NCBI GenBank assembly: GCA_965261085.1
Contig: OZ253442.1
Location: 3,360,001 to 3,424,000 of the forward strand
DNA from: a bacterium
GTDB taxonomy: Bacteria; UBA8248
Length of the DNA: 64,000 nt
Reading direction: 5' to 3'
How positions within the stretch are numbered: position 1 is the stretch's first letter; each line of letters begins with the position of its first letter. The position numbers were made by a program, and so were the translations under genes. Under the pieces are notes generated by a model that made no database searches, had not been told where the DNA came from, and saw only the letters and a list, made by a program, of their open reading frames with translations. This document shows positions 17,979-28,627 of the stretch, one piece after another.

Positions 17979-19049
17979 TCAAGACTGACTTCCATTGGAG
18001 CCGACGGGCGCGGTGGCGTTCACCAGCGGCATGACGTCGTTGGCGAAGCTCTCAATCGACCGCATCACCGAGGCGTGGTCCGGCCCGCGCCAAGGCGCCA
18101 GGATGACGTGATTGACACCGTAATCATCCCGCAGCCTGCAGATATCTTCCGTCACGGCCTGCGGATCGGCAATGATGCCGCCGCCCCTGACAATCTCGGC
18201 GACGTCCAGTTCATAACTCCAGTTGCGCTTTAAGTGCTTCGCCTCTTCCTCGGGCATTTCCACCTCGTTCATCTTCGCCCGGTATCGCAGATACTCACCC
18301 TCGCCCTCTACCGTGAGCTTGAAGTTTTCATCCGCATCCTCCGCATCGCACACGTGGATGTGGTGAACGAGCGGCCGCGCGGTTCCGGAGGGGTCGCCGC
18401 CTGATTTTCTGATGGCGTCCTCATAAAGCCCGAACTTTTCCTTATAGACCTCGGGGCCCGTGAAGCCGGCCGAGGCCATCACCTTGAAGCCGTTCTCGCC
18501 CGCGTAGGTGTAGGTTTCCGGGCTCGTTCCCGCCAGCCAGATGGGGGGCCTGGGCTTTTGCAGAGGCTTGGGGAAGATTTCCACATTCTTGCACTGATGA
18601 TGCCGGCCCTTAAACGTCACCTTCTCTCCTTCCAGAAGGCGGGAGAGAATGTGGAGTCCCTCTTTCAAGCGCTCGCGGCTTTCGGAGGGCCTCACGCCGA
18701 ACCCCTGAAACTCCTTGGGCTGGGAGCCGCGCCCCACCCCCAACTCGAGCCTGCCGCCGCTCAAGAGATCGACCATGGCGGCCTGCTCGGCCAGCCGGAC
18801 GGGATCGTGGAACGACATGATGGAAATGGCCGTGCCCACATGTATTTTTTTCGTCTTCTGGGCCACCGCCGCGCAGATGAGGAGGGGATCGGGGATCATC
18901 CCGACGCGCGAGAAGTGATGCTCGGCGTACCAGACGCACGAGTAGCCCAACTCATCGGCCAGCACGCTTTCTTCGATCATCTCCTCATGGACCTGCGCCT
19001 CGGTCATGTCTTCGGGACGATACAGGATGTAGAACAAGGAAAAATCCAT
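17979..19049 (-). CDS. LLM class flavin-dependent oxidoreductase (paralog of 15400-16455)
   Basis: AEHHFSRVGM and DLLSGGRLELGVGRGSQPKEFQGF shared with the paralog. Confidence 0.93.
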   Translation of the reverse strand: MDFSLFYILYRPEDMTEAQVHEEMIEESVLADELGYSCVWYAEHHFSRVGMIPDPLLICAAVAQKTKKIHVGTAISIMSFHDPVRLAEQAAMVDLLSGGRLELGVGRGSQPKEFQGFGVRPSESRERLKEGLHILSRLLEGEKVTFKGRHHQCKNVEIFPKPLQKPRPPIWLAGTSPETYTYAGENGFKVMASAGFTGPEVYKEKFGLYEDAIRKSGGDPSGTARPLVHHIHVCDAEDADENFKLTVEGEGEYLRYRAKMNEVEMPEEEAKHLKRNWSYELDVAEIVRGGGIIADPQAVTEDICRLRDDYGVNHVILAPWRGPDHASVMRSIESFANDVMPLVNATAPVGSNGSQS

Positions 19050-19313
19050 TCAAAACCCTCGATTCCAGTGCGTCGAAGCCGTGGTTCACGGCTCTATTCC
19101 AGATGCCGAAAGGGGCATCCGACACTTGATGATGAAACGATCCTGTGAGGTTTCCCGTAAGCAAGGTTGGCGGTTATAATGCCGATATAATCACAGCGGC
19201 GTCAAGGTTCAGCGCCTAATTTGCGGATTTCTCGCGATAAACCATTCACGTCTTCGAGAGACGCTTTCGGCCTTATCTCGCCTGGAGCAGAAGTTCTTTT
19301 TAACGGGGTTATT

Positions 19314-20072
19314 TTGAGTCCTCTGGTCTACATTCTGGTTTTTTGCGCCGCATTCGTCGGCTCGGGACTAAAAGCGGTGGGCGGATTCGGCTTCGCCACC
19401 CTGACGACGCCCACCGTGGCCATTTTTTGGGACGTGCCGACGGCCATCGCCGTCATCTCCATCCCCACCCTGTGTACGAGCCTCATGAACGCCTGGCGAA
19501 CGCGCGCGGCCGTTCAGGAGGGGCTCAGGCCCTTCATTCCCTTCTTTTCGATGAGCCTGGTGGGCCTGGGCGTCGGCTTGACGATTCTCCTGAACACGGA
19601 CCCGCGCCTGATGAAATTCATACTCGGCGCTTTTCTCATCTGCCAAATCGTCTGGCAATGGATGCAGCCCGAAAAATCGGCGCCCGAGGATTCCCTGAAA
19701 CGCTCGCTGGGCATGGGAGCGGTCGCCGGGCTGATGCTGGGCACCATCAACATTCCTTCCCACGTCATCGCCTCCTACCTCACGGGAATGAAAATTTCCA
19801 AAGAGCGCTATCTGTTCGTTCTGAGCGCCAGCCAGGTCGTGCTCCGGGTCGCGGCCATCGCTTCTATCGCGGCCGCGGGTTACATCGACTCCACGGCCTT
19901 GTGGCTCATCCTCGTCTTGACGGCGCCCGTGCTGCTCGGGTTTTTCGTGGGCACGAAGATATACAACATTTTTACGGATCAGCTGTTCTTCCGAATCGTC
20001 ACGATCATACTGTTCATAATGGGCGTCCTCCTCCTCGTGATGAACTTCGAGGCGTTCGTCGCCTTTTTCTGA
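19314..20072 (+). CDS. TSUP (TauE/SafE) family transporter
   Basis: About 8 hydrophobic segments; G.GF motif near the N-terminus; start (TTG) uncertain. Confidence 0.8.
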   Translation: MSPLVYILVFCAAFVGSGLKAVGGFGFATLTTPTVAIFWDVPTAIAVISIPTLCTSLMNAWRTRAAVQEGLRPFIPFFSMSLVGLGVGLTILLNTDPRLMKFILGAFLICQIVWQWMQPEKSAPEDSLKRSLGMGAVAGLMLGTINIPSHVIASYLTGMKISKERYLFVLSASQVVLRVAAIASIAAAGYIDSTALWLILVLTAPVLLGFFVGTKIYNIFTDQLFFRIVTIILFIMGVLLLVMNFEAFVAFF

Positions 20073-20216
20073 TTATTCCGAAATGAATCGCGGAGCCTGA
20101 CGGAATTGACGGGGGCGAATAATCTGCGCTATTTTCTGGATTCATCATAAATAATGGCAAAAAATTGATGAAAGGCGTGACTGCGTTCATCGGATATTTC
20201 AAAAGGGCCGAATAAA

Positions 20217-20969
<753 letters not shown>

Positions 20970-20996
20970 CGTCACCTCCGCATCGGAATCACAAAC

Positions 20997-21029
20997 AAAA
21001 AGGCCGGCCCCCGAGGGAGCCGGCCTTTC
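20997..21029. terminator. Bidirectional intrinsic terminator
   Basis: aaaggccggc..gccggccttt stem with A- and T-tracts between convergent genes. Confidence 0.8.
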
Positions 21030-21052
21030 TTATGGCCTTTCGATTTTATTCG

Positions 21053-21919
21053 TTATTGGCGCTGTCCGCCGACCTCTTCCATCATGCCCCACTTGACGAC
21101 GGTCACTTTTTCGAATTTCTCAAAAATGAATTTCTCCATCACGAACCCGACCAGGGCGATGGCCGCGATTCCCACCAGCATGAAAGCCGTATCGAGGTCT
21201 TCGCGGCTGTCGAAGATGGCGTAGCCCAGGCCCCAGTCACTCGCGGCCACCATCTCTCCGGCGATGCCGGCGCGCCATGCGCGCGCGAGGCCGATGCGGA
21301 TGCCCGAGAGAATGAACGGCAGCGAACCGGGGAAAATGACTTTCCAGAACAGAGTCATACCCTCTGCGTTCATCGATTGCGCCGCGCGTATCCAAATCGG
21401 GTTGATGGTCTTCACCCCCGTCCACGTCGAGGAGATGGCCGGCAACGCCGCGGCGAATGCGGTGATGAAAATCATGGTCGTGTTGCCGAGGCCGAACCAC
21501 AAGACAAGAATCGGGCTCCAGGCCAGGGCCGGAATGGGCAGCAACATGCTCAGGATGGGGATCATGAACTTCTCGAACCAGCCGACGCGCCCCATGGCGA
21601 TGCCGATGGCTATCCCCACGAAGCCTGCGATGAGCATTCCTATCATGATCCGCCAGGCGGTGTGGTAGGAGTGTACGCACAAAACACACGTGGTCTCACC
21701 GGACTTCAGGAAGGTGACCTCATAAAAGCGGTGGACAATGGGAAATACGCGCGGAAACAACGCGGGTTCGTTCACGTACCAGGCGATACACTCCCATATC
21801 ACGAGCACCGCGATGAAGCTCGGGATGTTGTCCTTGATCCACATCCAGAATCTTTCTTGCCTGGTGTACTCGGTAGCTAGTTTTACGTCATCCCTTCTGA
21901 CTTCACTCGCCGTGGCCAT
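21053..21919 (-). CDS. ABC transporter permease, NitT/TauT family
   Basis: PIPALAWSP..LWFGLG, EAA-like IRAAQSMNA, PGSLPFILSGIRIG..AW....AGEM. Confidence 0.93.
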   Translation of the reverse strand: MATASEVRRDDVKLATEYTRQERFWMWIKDNIPSFIAVLVIWECIAWYVNEPALFPRVFPIVHRFYEVTFLKSGETTCVLCVHSYHTAWRIMIGMLIAGFVGIAIGIAMGRVGWFEKFMIPILSMLLPIPALAWSPILVLWFGLGNTTMIFITAFAAALPAISSTWTGVKTINPIWIRAAQSMNAEGMTLFWKVIFPGSLPFILSGIRIGLARAWRAGIAGEMVAASDWGLGYAIFDSREDLDTAFMLVGIAAIALVGFVMEKFIFEKFEKVTVVKWGMMEEVGGQRQ

Positions 21920-22182
21920 CAAACAGCCTCCCAAATCATGCGAAATTCAAGACATCTCATATACGTTTCTCTCATAGCCGAAGCCATGGAATCATCCCGT
22001 CTGTTCTGTGTGGTTCATTGCGGGCTACGTCCAATATGCGGCCATTCTTGCAAAAATACTATTTCAAGTCAAAATCTTCGAGCAAAATACGCGCGTTTTC
22101 AGATCATGGAATTGCGCGCGAATATCGCCTCATCCCGCTTTTTCCTGCCCTACTCCCCTCGCCGGGGATTTTCTTCGCTCGT

Positions 22183-22644
22183 CTACTGCCGGCCTAAATC
22201 AATTGCCGCCTGATTCGGGACCTTCTCGGCAATATCCCGAAAACGGGCGGCCACGCTCTCATCCGCGCCCTCGCCGATATACGCGCCATACGCAGAATCA
22301 TCCTCGGCGACTCCCTCGATCTGCCAGGTCGTATCCTTCGCCACGATGAAAATAACGTCCTCATCATCCGTGGCCACCATGCTGTGGAGCGAATTCGCCG
22401 GTATGTGGATGATGCCCCCCGCGCCGACCGTTTTCCGCTCGCCGTCGATCATCGCCTGGAGGCTGCCCTGCTGCACGAGAATGAACTGCTCGTTGGGATG
22501 GCGGTGTGGTCGGCTGCCCGTGCCCGCCGGCTTGTTGATGACGCCGAATATGACGCGCTCGCCGTCGACCCACACGCCCTCGGAGGTGCTATAGCTCGCC
22601 CCCGCCAGTTTTTGCTCCATCGTTTTTGGATCATAAAAAGGCAT
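22183..22644 (-). CDS. Cupin domain protein
   Basis: PHRHPNEQF...G and HIPANSLH metal-binding motifs. Confidence 0.88.
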   Translation of the reverse strand: MPFYDPKTMEQKLAGASYSTSEGVWVDGERVIFGVINKPAGTGSRPHRHPNEQFILVQQGSLQAMIDGERKTVGAGGIIHIPANSLHSMVATDDEDVIFIVAKDTTWQIEGVAEDDSAYGAYIGEGADESVAARFRDIAEKVPNQAAIDLGRQ

Positions 22645-22712
22645 TGTCTTGCGTTTCCTCCAATCGGTTGTTCAAAGGCTCATAGATAAATTTTGCGCTT
22701 CCGCTCGTTTGG

Positions 22713-23747
22713 TTATATTTCCCTGAATTCGGTGGCGACGGCGAACCCCTTGTTCCCCACCTCGAGCGGCCCGCTGCACCTGCTGAAGAAAAGCACGCCA
22801 TCGGCGGGACTGCGCAATTCCTCCACCACCTCGAGACTGAAAGGATCGAGCATTTCACCCAGTAATTCTCCTTCGCTCACCTTGGCGCCCAGGTCTGCGA
22901 AATGCGTTTTTCGCGAGATGAGGTATCCCCCGTTCGAGGGGTTGGCCTCTGCGCGATGGGCGAAATCGAAATAGGTGATCCTCAATCTCATCTCATCTCC
23001 GGCCATCATCCCGAGATGAACGAGGAGATTCAAAAAGCCTTTCTCCAGGTCGCCGCGATAGAGATTCTCCTCGCACTCAGGGAGGTAGGCGCCGCCAATT
23101 TCCACGCTGATGGCGGGTATCTTCTGCGTGAGCGCATAGCCCGAAGCGCTCGATTTGCCGAAGGGCACGCCATGCACCAGCGCAGCACCACCGCTTGCGA
23201 AAGCGATTGCCATCTCGCGCGATTTTTCGGCGAGCGGGCCTTCGGTGTCCGGGTCCGTATCAACGCGCCTTTGGATTCTTCCCGCCGCCCCGCCCGAGTG
23301 ACATTCCACGAAATAATCCGCGCCCTCGATCAGGATTTCACGAATCTTGTGCGCATAGCGCTGCGTGAGCGTCCCTCTGGCCGAACCCGGAAAAGCGCCC
23401 CAAAGATTCGTCTGCTCGTGCTGATCCGGGGATTGACGCGAGAAATGCGCGAACGCGAACGGGTTCGCCACCGGAACGAGCAACAGGGCGCCGCTCAATT
23501 GCGCGCGATCTATTTGCCCCAGCACATTTTGAAACGCGCGAATCGGCTGCGGCTCATCCCCGTGGACGCACGCCAGAACGGAAAGGGTGGGGCCAGGCTT
23601 TGCCCCTCTCACGCAATGAAGGGGCAGACCCGTTTCGGAGCCTGTGAGCATTTGCGCCACGGGGATTTTCACGTATTCATACGCGCCGGGGGCTATCGCC
23701 ACACCTGCGATTTCCCAGGTATCCGCACTCGTTTCGCTCACCCTCAA
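22713..23747 (-). CDS. Succinylglutamate desuccinylase / aspartoacylase (M14) family protein
   Basis: GPTL...ACVHGDE, PVANP, FPG..RGT, HSG, C-terminal biotinyl-like SPADG. Confidence 0.88.
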   Translation of the reverse strand: MRVSETSADTWEIAGVAIAPGAYEYVKIPVAQMLTGSETGLPLHCVRGAKPGPTLSVLACVHGDEPQPIRAFQNVLGQIDRAQLSGALLLVPVANPFAFAHFSRQSPDQHEQTNLWGAFPGSARGTLTQRYAHKIREILIEGADYFVECHSGGAAGRIQRRVDTDPDTEGPLAEKSREMAIAFASGGAALVHGVPFGKSSASGYALTQKIPAISVEIGGAYLPECEENLYRGDLEKGFLNLLVHLGMMAGDEMRLRITYFDFAHRAEANPSNGGYLISRKTHFADLGAKVSEGELLGEMLDPFSLEVVEELRSPADGVLFFSRCSGPLEVGNKGFAVATEFREI

Positions 23748-24745
23748 TGCCCCCTGATCTCGGAAACCTCGACCACGCGCCCGCTCCTAGCACTCTCGAC
23801 GATCGACTCCAAAACGGCCACGACTTCCCGCGCGGCCTTGCCGTCCGTCTCGGGCGTGGCCTCGCCCCGGATACATTTGCCGAATTCCTTTATCTCTTCT
23901 GCGAGCGCATCGCCGCCGTCTACGGACAACTCGCTTCTTTGGTTTTCGTCCTTTTTCTGGAGATAAAGCTTCTCCCCCTCGTCCTCGCTCCATGCAGAGG
24001 CTTCGGTGCCGTGCGCCGACGTCGTGCATTGCTTGGGCGTGACGTAGCAGGTGGTGATGTACCCGAGCGGTCCGCTCTCGTATTCGAGAATGATGTTCGT
24101 CACGTCATCGAGATTGCCCGCGCCGAACAGTTGTTTGCTGAACGCGCTCACCCGCTTCGCGGGGCCGGTCAGGTACTGGAGATTGTCCACCATGTGGACG
24201 CCCAGCCCCGTCATCCCCCCCGCCGGGCATTCCGCCGGGTCGTTTCTCCAGCCGCTTCTCGGGTTTTGCCCGTTGGGATTCGAAAGATTCGCCTCCAGAG
24301 CGTGAATCATCCCCAGTGCACCCTCGTCTATCATCTCGCGTATCTTCCGGTTCGCTCCCTGCCGCCTTCTGTGGTGCCCGATCAGGAGCGTAACGCCTAC
24401 TTTTTCAGTGGCGTCGATGCACTTGTCCGCATCGGCGACCGTCAAGGTGAGCGGCTTTTCGACAAACACGTGCTTGCCCGCCGATGCAGCCTGTGTAATC
24501 AGGTCCGTATGCGTGGAATGGGGCGTGGCGATCAATATCCCCTCCACCTCGCTATCCATCAGGACTTCTTCAAAAGACGCCGCCGGGCGGCACCCGAATT
24601 TCTCGGCGAATTCCTCGCGCGCCGATTCGGTTCTCGTGAAACACCGAACGATTTCCACGTTTCCCGCCCTTTTCGCGGCATTCGCCAGCATGGTTCCCCA
24701 ATTCGCCAAACCGATGGACGCCAATCGAACCTTTTCATCCCCCAT
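23744..24745 (-). CDS. Gfo/Idh/MocA family oxidoreductase
   Basis: ATPHSTH, GKHVFVEKPL, GVHMVD. Confidence 0.92.
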   Translation of the reverse strand: MGDEKVRLASIGLANWGTMLANAAKRAGNVEIVRCFTRTESAREEFAEKFGCRPAASFEEVLMDSEVEGILIATPHSTHTDLITQAASAGKHVFVEKPLTLTVADADKCIDATEKVGVTLLIGHHRRRQGANRKIREMIDEGALGMIHALEANLSNPNGQNPRSGWRNDPAECPAGGMTGLGVHMVDNLQYLTGPAKRVSAFSKQLFGAGNLDDVTNIILEYESGPLGYITTCYVTPKQCTTSAHGTEASAWSEDEGEKLYLQKKDENQRSELSVDGGDALAEEIKEFGKCIRGEATPETDGKAAREVVAVLESIVESARSGRVVEVSEIRGH

Positions 24746-24991
24746 AACAACCCCCAGTAAGTTTGATATATGCCGTTAAAAATCCACGTTCGCGCCCATC
24801 GCCATGAAAAGGCGGAGGGAAGCTTCATCTTTTTTGTCGAACATAAATTGTCAGACGCGACGGGAAAGGGTAACATTCGCCCCTTGGGTTCAACAAACCT
24901 GATAATAAAATTTTTGATTCTCGGCGACACCTTGCCGTGATTCACCGAAAATCCCTGTACGGACAATTTCGTCAAAAAAGGAGTTTGCTGG

Positions 24992-25819
24992 ATGCCATTT
25001 CACCGTTTCGAAGAAATAGAGAAAAAAGCCGTCTCGCCCCATCTCTCCTCGGGACAAGGCGCCATCGTCGAAGGGGAATTCATGTATTTCTGCCAGGTCA
25101 GCAAGGTGGCCGGCACGGGTTCCCAGATACATTATCACCCCAACGAACTCATGATTTTTCCCATCCGGGGGAAAATAAACGCGCTCGTCGGAAAGGACAG
25201 GCGAGTCGTCTCTCCGGGCACCTTTGTTCACGTGCCTGCGTACGCGCAGCATCAGATGATCGCCACCGAAGACGGCGACATGGACTACCTCTACGTGAAG
25301 GACCGCTCCTGGACGGTCGTGGGTCTGGATAGGGACCAGGTGGTGCCGGACAAGGCGCTCACCGTCGAGGAGATCAACGAACAATACGAGGGAGGCACCG
25401 CCGCCGACGTCGAAAGAGACGTCGAAAAGGCGCAAATCATCGTCGAGGGCTTGAAGAACTCCTATTACCCGCTTATCCCCTCCTTCGACGCCCCTGAATG
25501 CTCGGGACACCATACCGTGTGGATCGAAGGCGAACGCCTCGCGTTCGGGTATGGAGAAATACCTGAGGGCTTCGAGGATTCGACCACCGAGAACGCGCAC
25601 GAACAATTCGTCTACATTCTCAAAGGAGTCATCGACGCCCAGGTGGACGATGATCGGCAACAGGCGGGTCCCGGTTCCATCATCCATATTCCCAAGGGTT
25701 CGAAGCGAAACCTCTCCACCCAGAGCGGCCAGCATGCGCGCTACGCATCGGTGCGGGCCATGCTGAGGCTCGAGCAGATGTTGAGAGAAAAGGCGACGGG
25801 CATGGCGGCGCAGAACTAA
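24992..25819 (+). CDS. Bicupin protein
   Basis: HYHPNE..HVPAYAQH in the first cupin; degenerate second cupin (HEQFVYILKG..HIPKG). Confidence 0.85.
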   Translation: MPFHRFEEIEKKAVSPHLSSGQGAIVEGEFMYFCQVSKVAGTGSQIHYHPNELMIFPIRGKINALVGKDRRVVSPGTFVHVPAYAQHQMIATEDGDMDYLYVKDRSWTVVGLDRDQVVPDKALTVEEINEQYEGGTAADVERDVEKAQIIVEGLKNSYYPLIPSFDAPECSGHHTVWIEGERLAFGYGEIPEGFEDSTTENAHEQFVYILKGVIDAQVDDDRQQAGPGSIIHIPKGSKRNLSTQSGQHARYASVRAMLRLEQMLREKATGMAAQN

Positions 25820-25836
25820 GACGGGGCGAATCACAC

Positions 25837-26235
25837 ATGGCGAAACACCTGGTGTGCAAAATATCGGAACTGCCCCCCGGTGCGCGGAAGATAATCGAGA
25901 TCGAGGGCCGCTCCATCGGCGTGTTCAACATCAAGAATTCCCTATATGCGGTGAGAAACTCCTGCCCGCACCAGGGCGCGCCGCTTTGTCTCGGCAAGGT
26001 CAAGGGCACGATGAAATCGTCCAAGCCGCATACCTATAATTACGTGATGGACGAGCAGGTTCTCGTGTGCCCGTGGCATTGCTGGGAGTTCGACATCACG
26101 AACGGGCGTTCCGTATTCAACCCCCACAGAATGCGCGTCAAAACCTATGAGGTCACGCTCGAGGCGGAAGAAGACCCCTCCATCGAGACCTACCAAGTCA
26201 CTCTCGAAAAAGACCTGGTGATGCTGCACGTGTGA
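25837..26235 (+). CDS. Rieske [2Fe-2S] ferredoxin
   Basis: CPHQGAPLC...CPWHCWEFD. Confidence 0.93.
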   Translation: MAKHLVCKISELPPGARKIIEIEGRSIGVFNIKNSLYAVRNSCPHQGAPLCLGKVKGTMKSSKPHTYNYVMDEQVLVCPWHCWEFDITNGRSVFNPHRMRVKTYEVTLEAEEDPSIETYQVTLEKDLVMLHV

Positions 26236-26263
26236 TTCCTCGCTATTGGAGCCAACAGCACAA

Positions 26264-27361
26264 ATGAAAAAAATCGAGAAAATAGAGCTCTTTCCCGTCG
26301 CCATCCCCCTCAACCATCCCTACAAGAGCGCTACACGCATGGCGACGCATTCTGAGGACATCGTCGTAAAAATCACCTGCGACGGCGTTTCCGGCTGGGG
26401 AGGAGCGCCGCTCCGCTCGTTCCCAACCGGGGAGACCTTGAAGAGCGCGTATCAGATTCTCGAGGAATACCTGGTTCCCGCCATCGCCGATTGCAACCCC
26501 TTCGATCGGGAACTCATCGTCCACAAGATGGACAAGGCCATTCCCTTCCACTATTCGCCCAAAGCGGCCATCGATTGCGCCGTGCACGACCTGCTGGGCC
26601 GCATGCTGGGCTGTCCGGTCTACGATCTGCTCGGCGGAAAAATCAGGGACGAGATGCCCGCTTTCGACATCCTGCCCCTCGAATCACCCGAAAGAACCGC
26701 CGAACTCGCGGCGGAATCCATGGCTTTAGGGATAACGTCGTTCAAGGTGAAGATGAACCGCGACACGAAGACGAGCATCGCGCGCGTGGCGGCGGCCAGA
26801 GAGGCGGCCGGGGATGAGGCCCACATCGTCGTCGACGCGAACATGAGCTGGACGCCCAAGCTCGCCGTGCAGATGTGCGCGCGCATCGAGGAATACGGCA
26901 TCACCATGGTCGAACAGCCCGTGCCCGGCAACGACCTCGACGGCCTGGAATTCGTCACCAAGAACACGCGCATCCCCATCTGCGCGGACGAGTCCTTCCG
27001 CCCCGACTACCTGGCCGAAATCGCCCGCAGGCGCGCCGCCGACATCGTGAACCTGAAGGTGAACCGCGAGGGTGGGCTGCTTCACGCGAAAAAGGCCGCC
27101 GCCCTCATCGAGATTCACGGCATCGAGGGTATTTGCGGCAGCGTGATTCACAGCGCACTGAACGACGCCGCCTGCGCGCACCTTTTCGCCTCCACGCCCG
27201 CCATCGTCTACAACGAATCGGGCAAGGCCCCCGCCTGGCATGATGAGGACATCGTCACCGGCTTCAAGGCGGAAGGCGGGGTCGTCAAGGTTCCCGAGGG
27301 TCCGGGTCTGGGGGTGGAAGTGAACGAGGAGGCGGTTCACAAATTCCGCCTCGATATTTAA
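26264..27361 (+). CDS. Enolase superfamily, muconate cycloisomerase / dipeptide epimerase-like
   Basis: KVK, DAN, EQP, ADES, NLK and PEGPGLGV motifs. Confidence 0.9.
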   Translation: MKKIEKIELFPVAIPLNHPYKSATRMATHSEDIVVKITCDGVSGWGGAPLRSFPTGETLKSAYQILEEYLVPAIADCNPFDRELIVHKMDKAIPFHYSPKAAIDCAVHDLLGRMLGCPVYDLLGGKIRDEMPAFDILPLESPERTAELAAESMALGITSFKVKMNRDTKTSIARVAAAREAAGDEAHIVVDANMSWTPKLAVQMCARIEEYGITMVEQPVPGNDLDGLEFVTKNTRIPICADESFRPDYLAEIARRRAADIVNLKVNREGGLLHAKKAAALIEIHGIEGICGSVIHSALNDAACAHLFASTPAIVYNESGKAPAWHDEDIVTGFKAEGGVVKVPEGPGLGVEVNEEAVHKFRLDI

Positions 27362-27439
27362 TACGGGCAGACTTTCCCGGGCACTCGACTTTTTGTAGCC
27401 CAAGCCTATGCGCCGCGCCTCTCCCGAGCCGCCGCCTTG

Positions 27440-28585
27440 CTAGAGCTTGTGGCCGTAGAGCTCCTCGGCGCTCTCATGGTAGATGCGGCGCCTGAGTTCA
27501 TCCGAGACTTCCTGAAAAACCTGCCTGGGATTGTCGAAATCCCAATGCGGATAATCGGACGCGAACAGCAGCGTCTTCTCCGCTTTCGCCATCCTGAGAA
27601 TCTGGCGATGATCCTCGTTCGTGGGCGGCTCCGCGATGGGCTGTGTGGTCAGCCGGATGTGATCGACGATGTATTCACTCGGCGGACGCTCGAGCCAGGG
27701 CACCTCCGCACGCAGCGAGCGCCATTCCTGATCGAAACGCCACATGATGCTCGGCAACCATGCGTAGCCCATCTCCTGAAAAACGACCTTGAGTTTCGGG
27801 AAACGCACGAACACGCCCTCGCACACCAGACTGATGACCTGGGCTTGCGCGATGGTCACCGCTCCCGTATGCACCTCGATGTAATAGGCTGGAACGCCCG
27901 TCGGGTTCATGGGCGTGTTCACGCCCGCCCCTTCTCCTGCGCCGTGCATCCCGATGGGCAGCCCCATGGCCTCGGCGGCTTCGTAGATGGGATAGTAATG
28001 GCGGTTTCCCAATAAAACGTCCATCTGCGGAATTTGCACCTGCACCACGGCGGGATGAGCGCCGATTCTCTCGATTTCCTTGACGGCGAGCCCCGGGTCG
28101 CGCGGGCCGACGTGAATCGCGAGCTTGAGCCGAGGTTCCGGTTCGCACCACTCATGAAGCAGCCAGTCGTTGTTCGCCGCAATAAACGCCGCCGCCATGT
28201 CGGCGTCCGGCAATCCCCCGATGCCGAACAGATCGCCCGCGATCAGGATGCCGGTGTCGACCCCGTATTTGTCCAGATGGTGTGAGCGCAACATCTCGAG
28301 GCTAGAACCAGGCCTCCCGCCGTCGGGCGGCAGGGCGTCGGGACGCTCGGCGCCGTGGGGGTGGTAATACCAGCGCTTCGGAATCGAAAAGACGTTTCTC
28401 GCGGTGGTCGGGTCTTTCGCGGAACTGAGCGGCGCCACGCCCATACGCTTGCGCCATGATTCTGAGAGATACGGATGAAGCTGGTACATGCCGTTCATTC
28501 GCGGGTGGATATCCGCATCTATTATCTTGAGTTTCACCTCATCCGCCGTTTCCGGCGCTGCCGTTTCAAGTCCGGTCTCGTTCAT
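27440..28585 (-). CDS. Amidohydrolase_2 family protein (possible dimetal oxygenase)
   Basis: IIDADIH, YYPIYEAA...GLPIGMH, RFPKLKVVFQE, TTQP, LLFASDYPHWDFD. Confidence 0.88.
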   Translation of the reverse strand: MNETGLETAAPETADEVKLKIIDADIHPRMNGMYQLHPYLSESWRKRMGVAPLSSAKDPTTARNVFSIPKRWYYHPHGAERPDALPPDGGRPGSSLEMLRSHHLDKYGVDTGILIAGDLFGIGGLPDADMAAAFIAANNDWLLHEWCEPEPRLKLAIHVGPRDPGLAVKEIERIGAHPAVVQVQIPQMDVLLGNRHYYPIYEAAEAMGLPIGMHGAGEGAGVNTPMNPTGVPAYYIEVHTGAVTIAQAQVISLVCEGVFVRFPKLKVVFQEMGYAWLPSIMWRFDQEWRSLRAEVPWLERPPSEYIVDHIRLTTQPIAEPPTNEDHRQILRMAKAEKTLLFASDYPHWDFDNPRQVFQEVSDELRRRIYHESAEELYGHKL

Positions 28586-28627
28586 TTCCGACCCCTCAAT
28601 GTCATGAACTCAAAAATTTGCGAAGTC

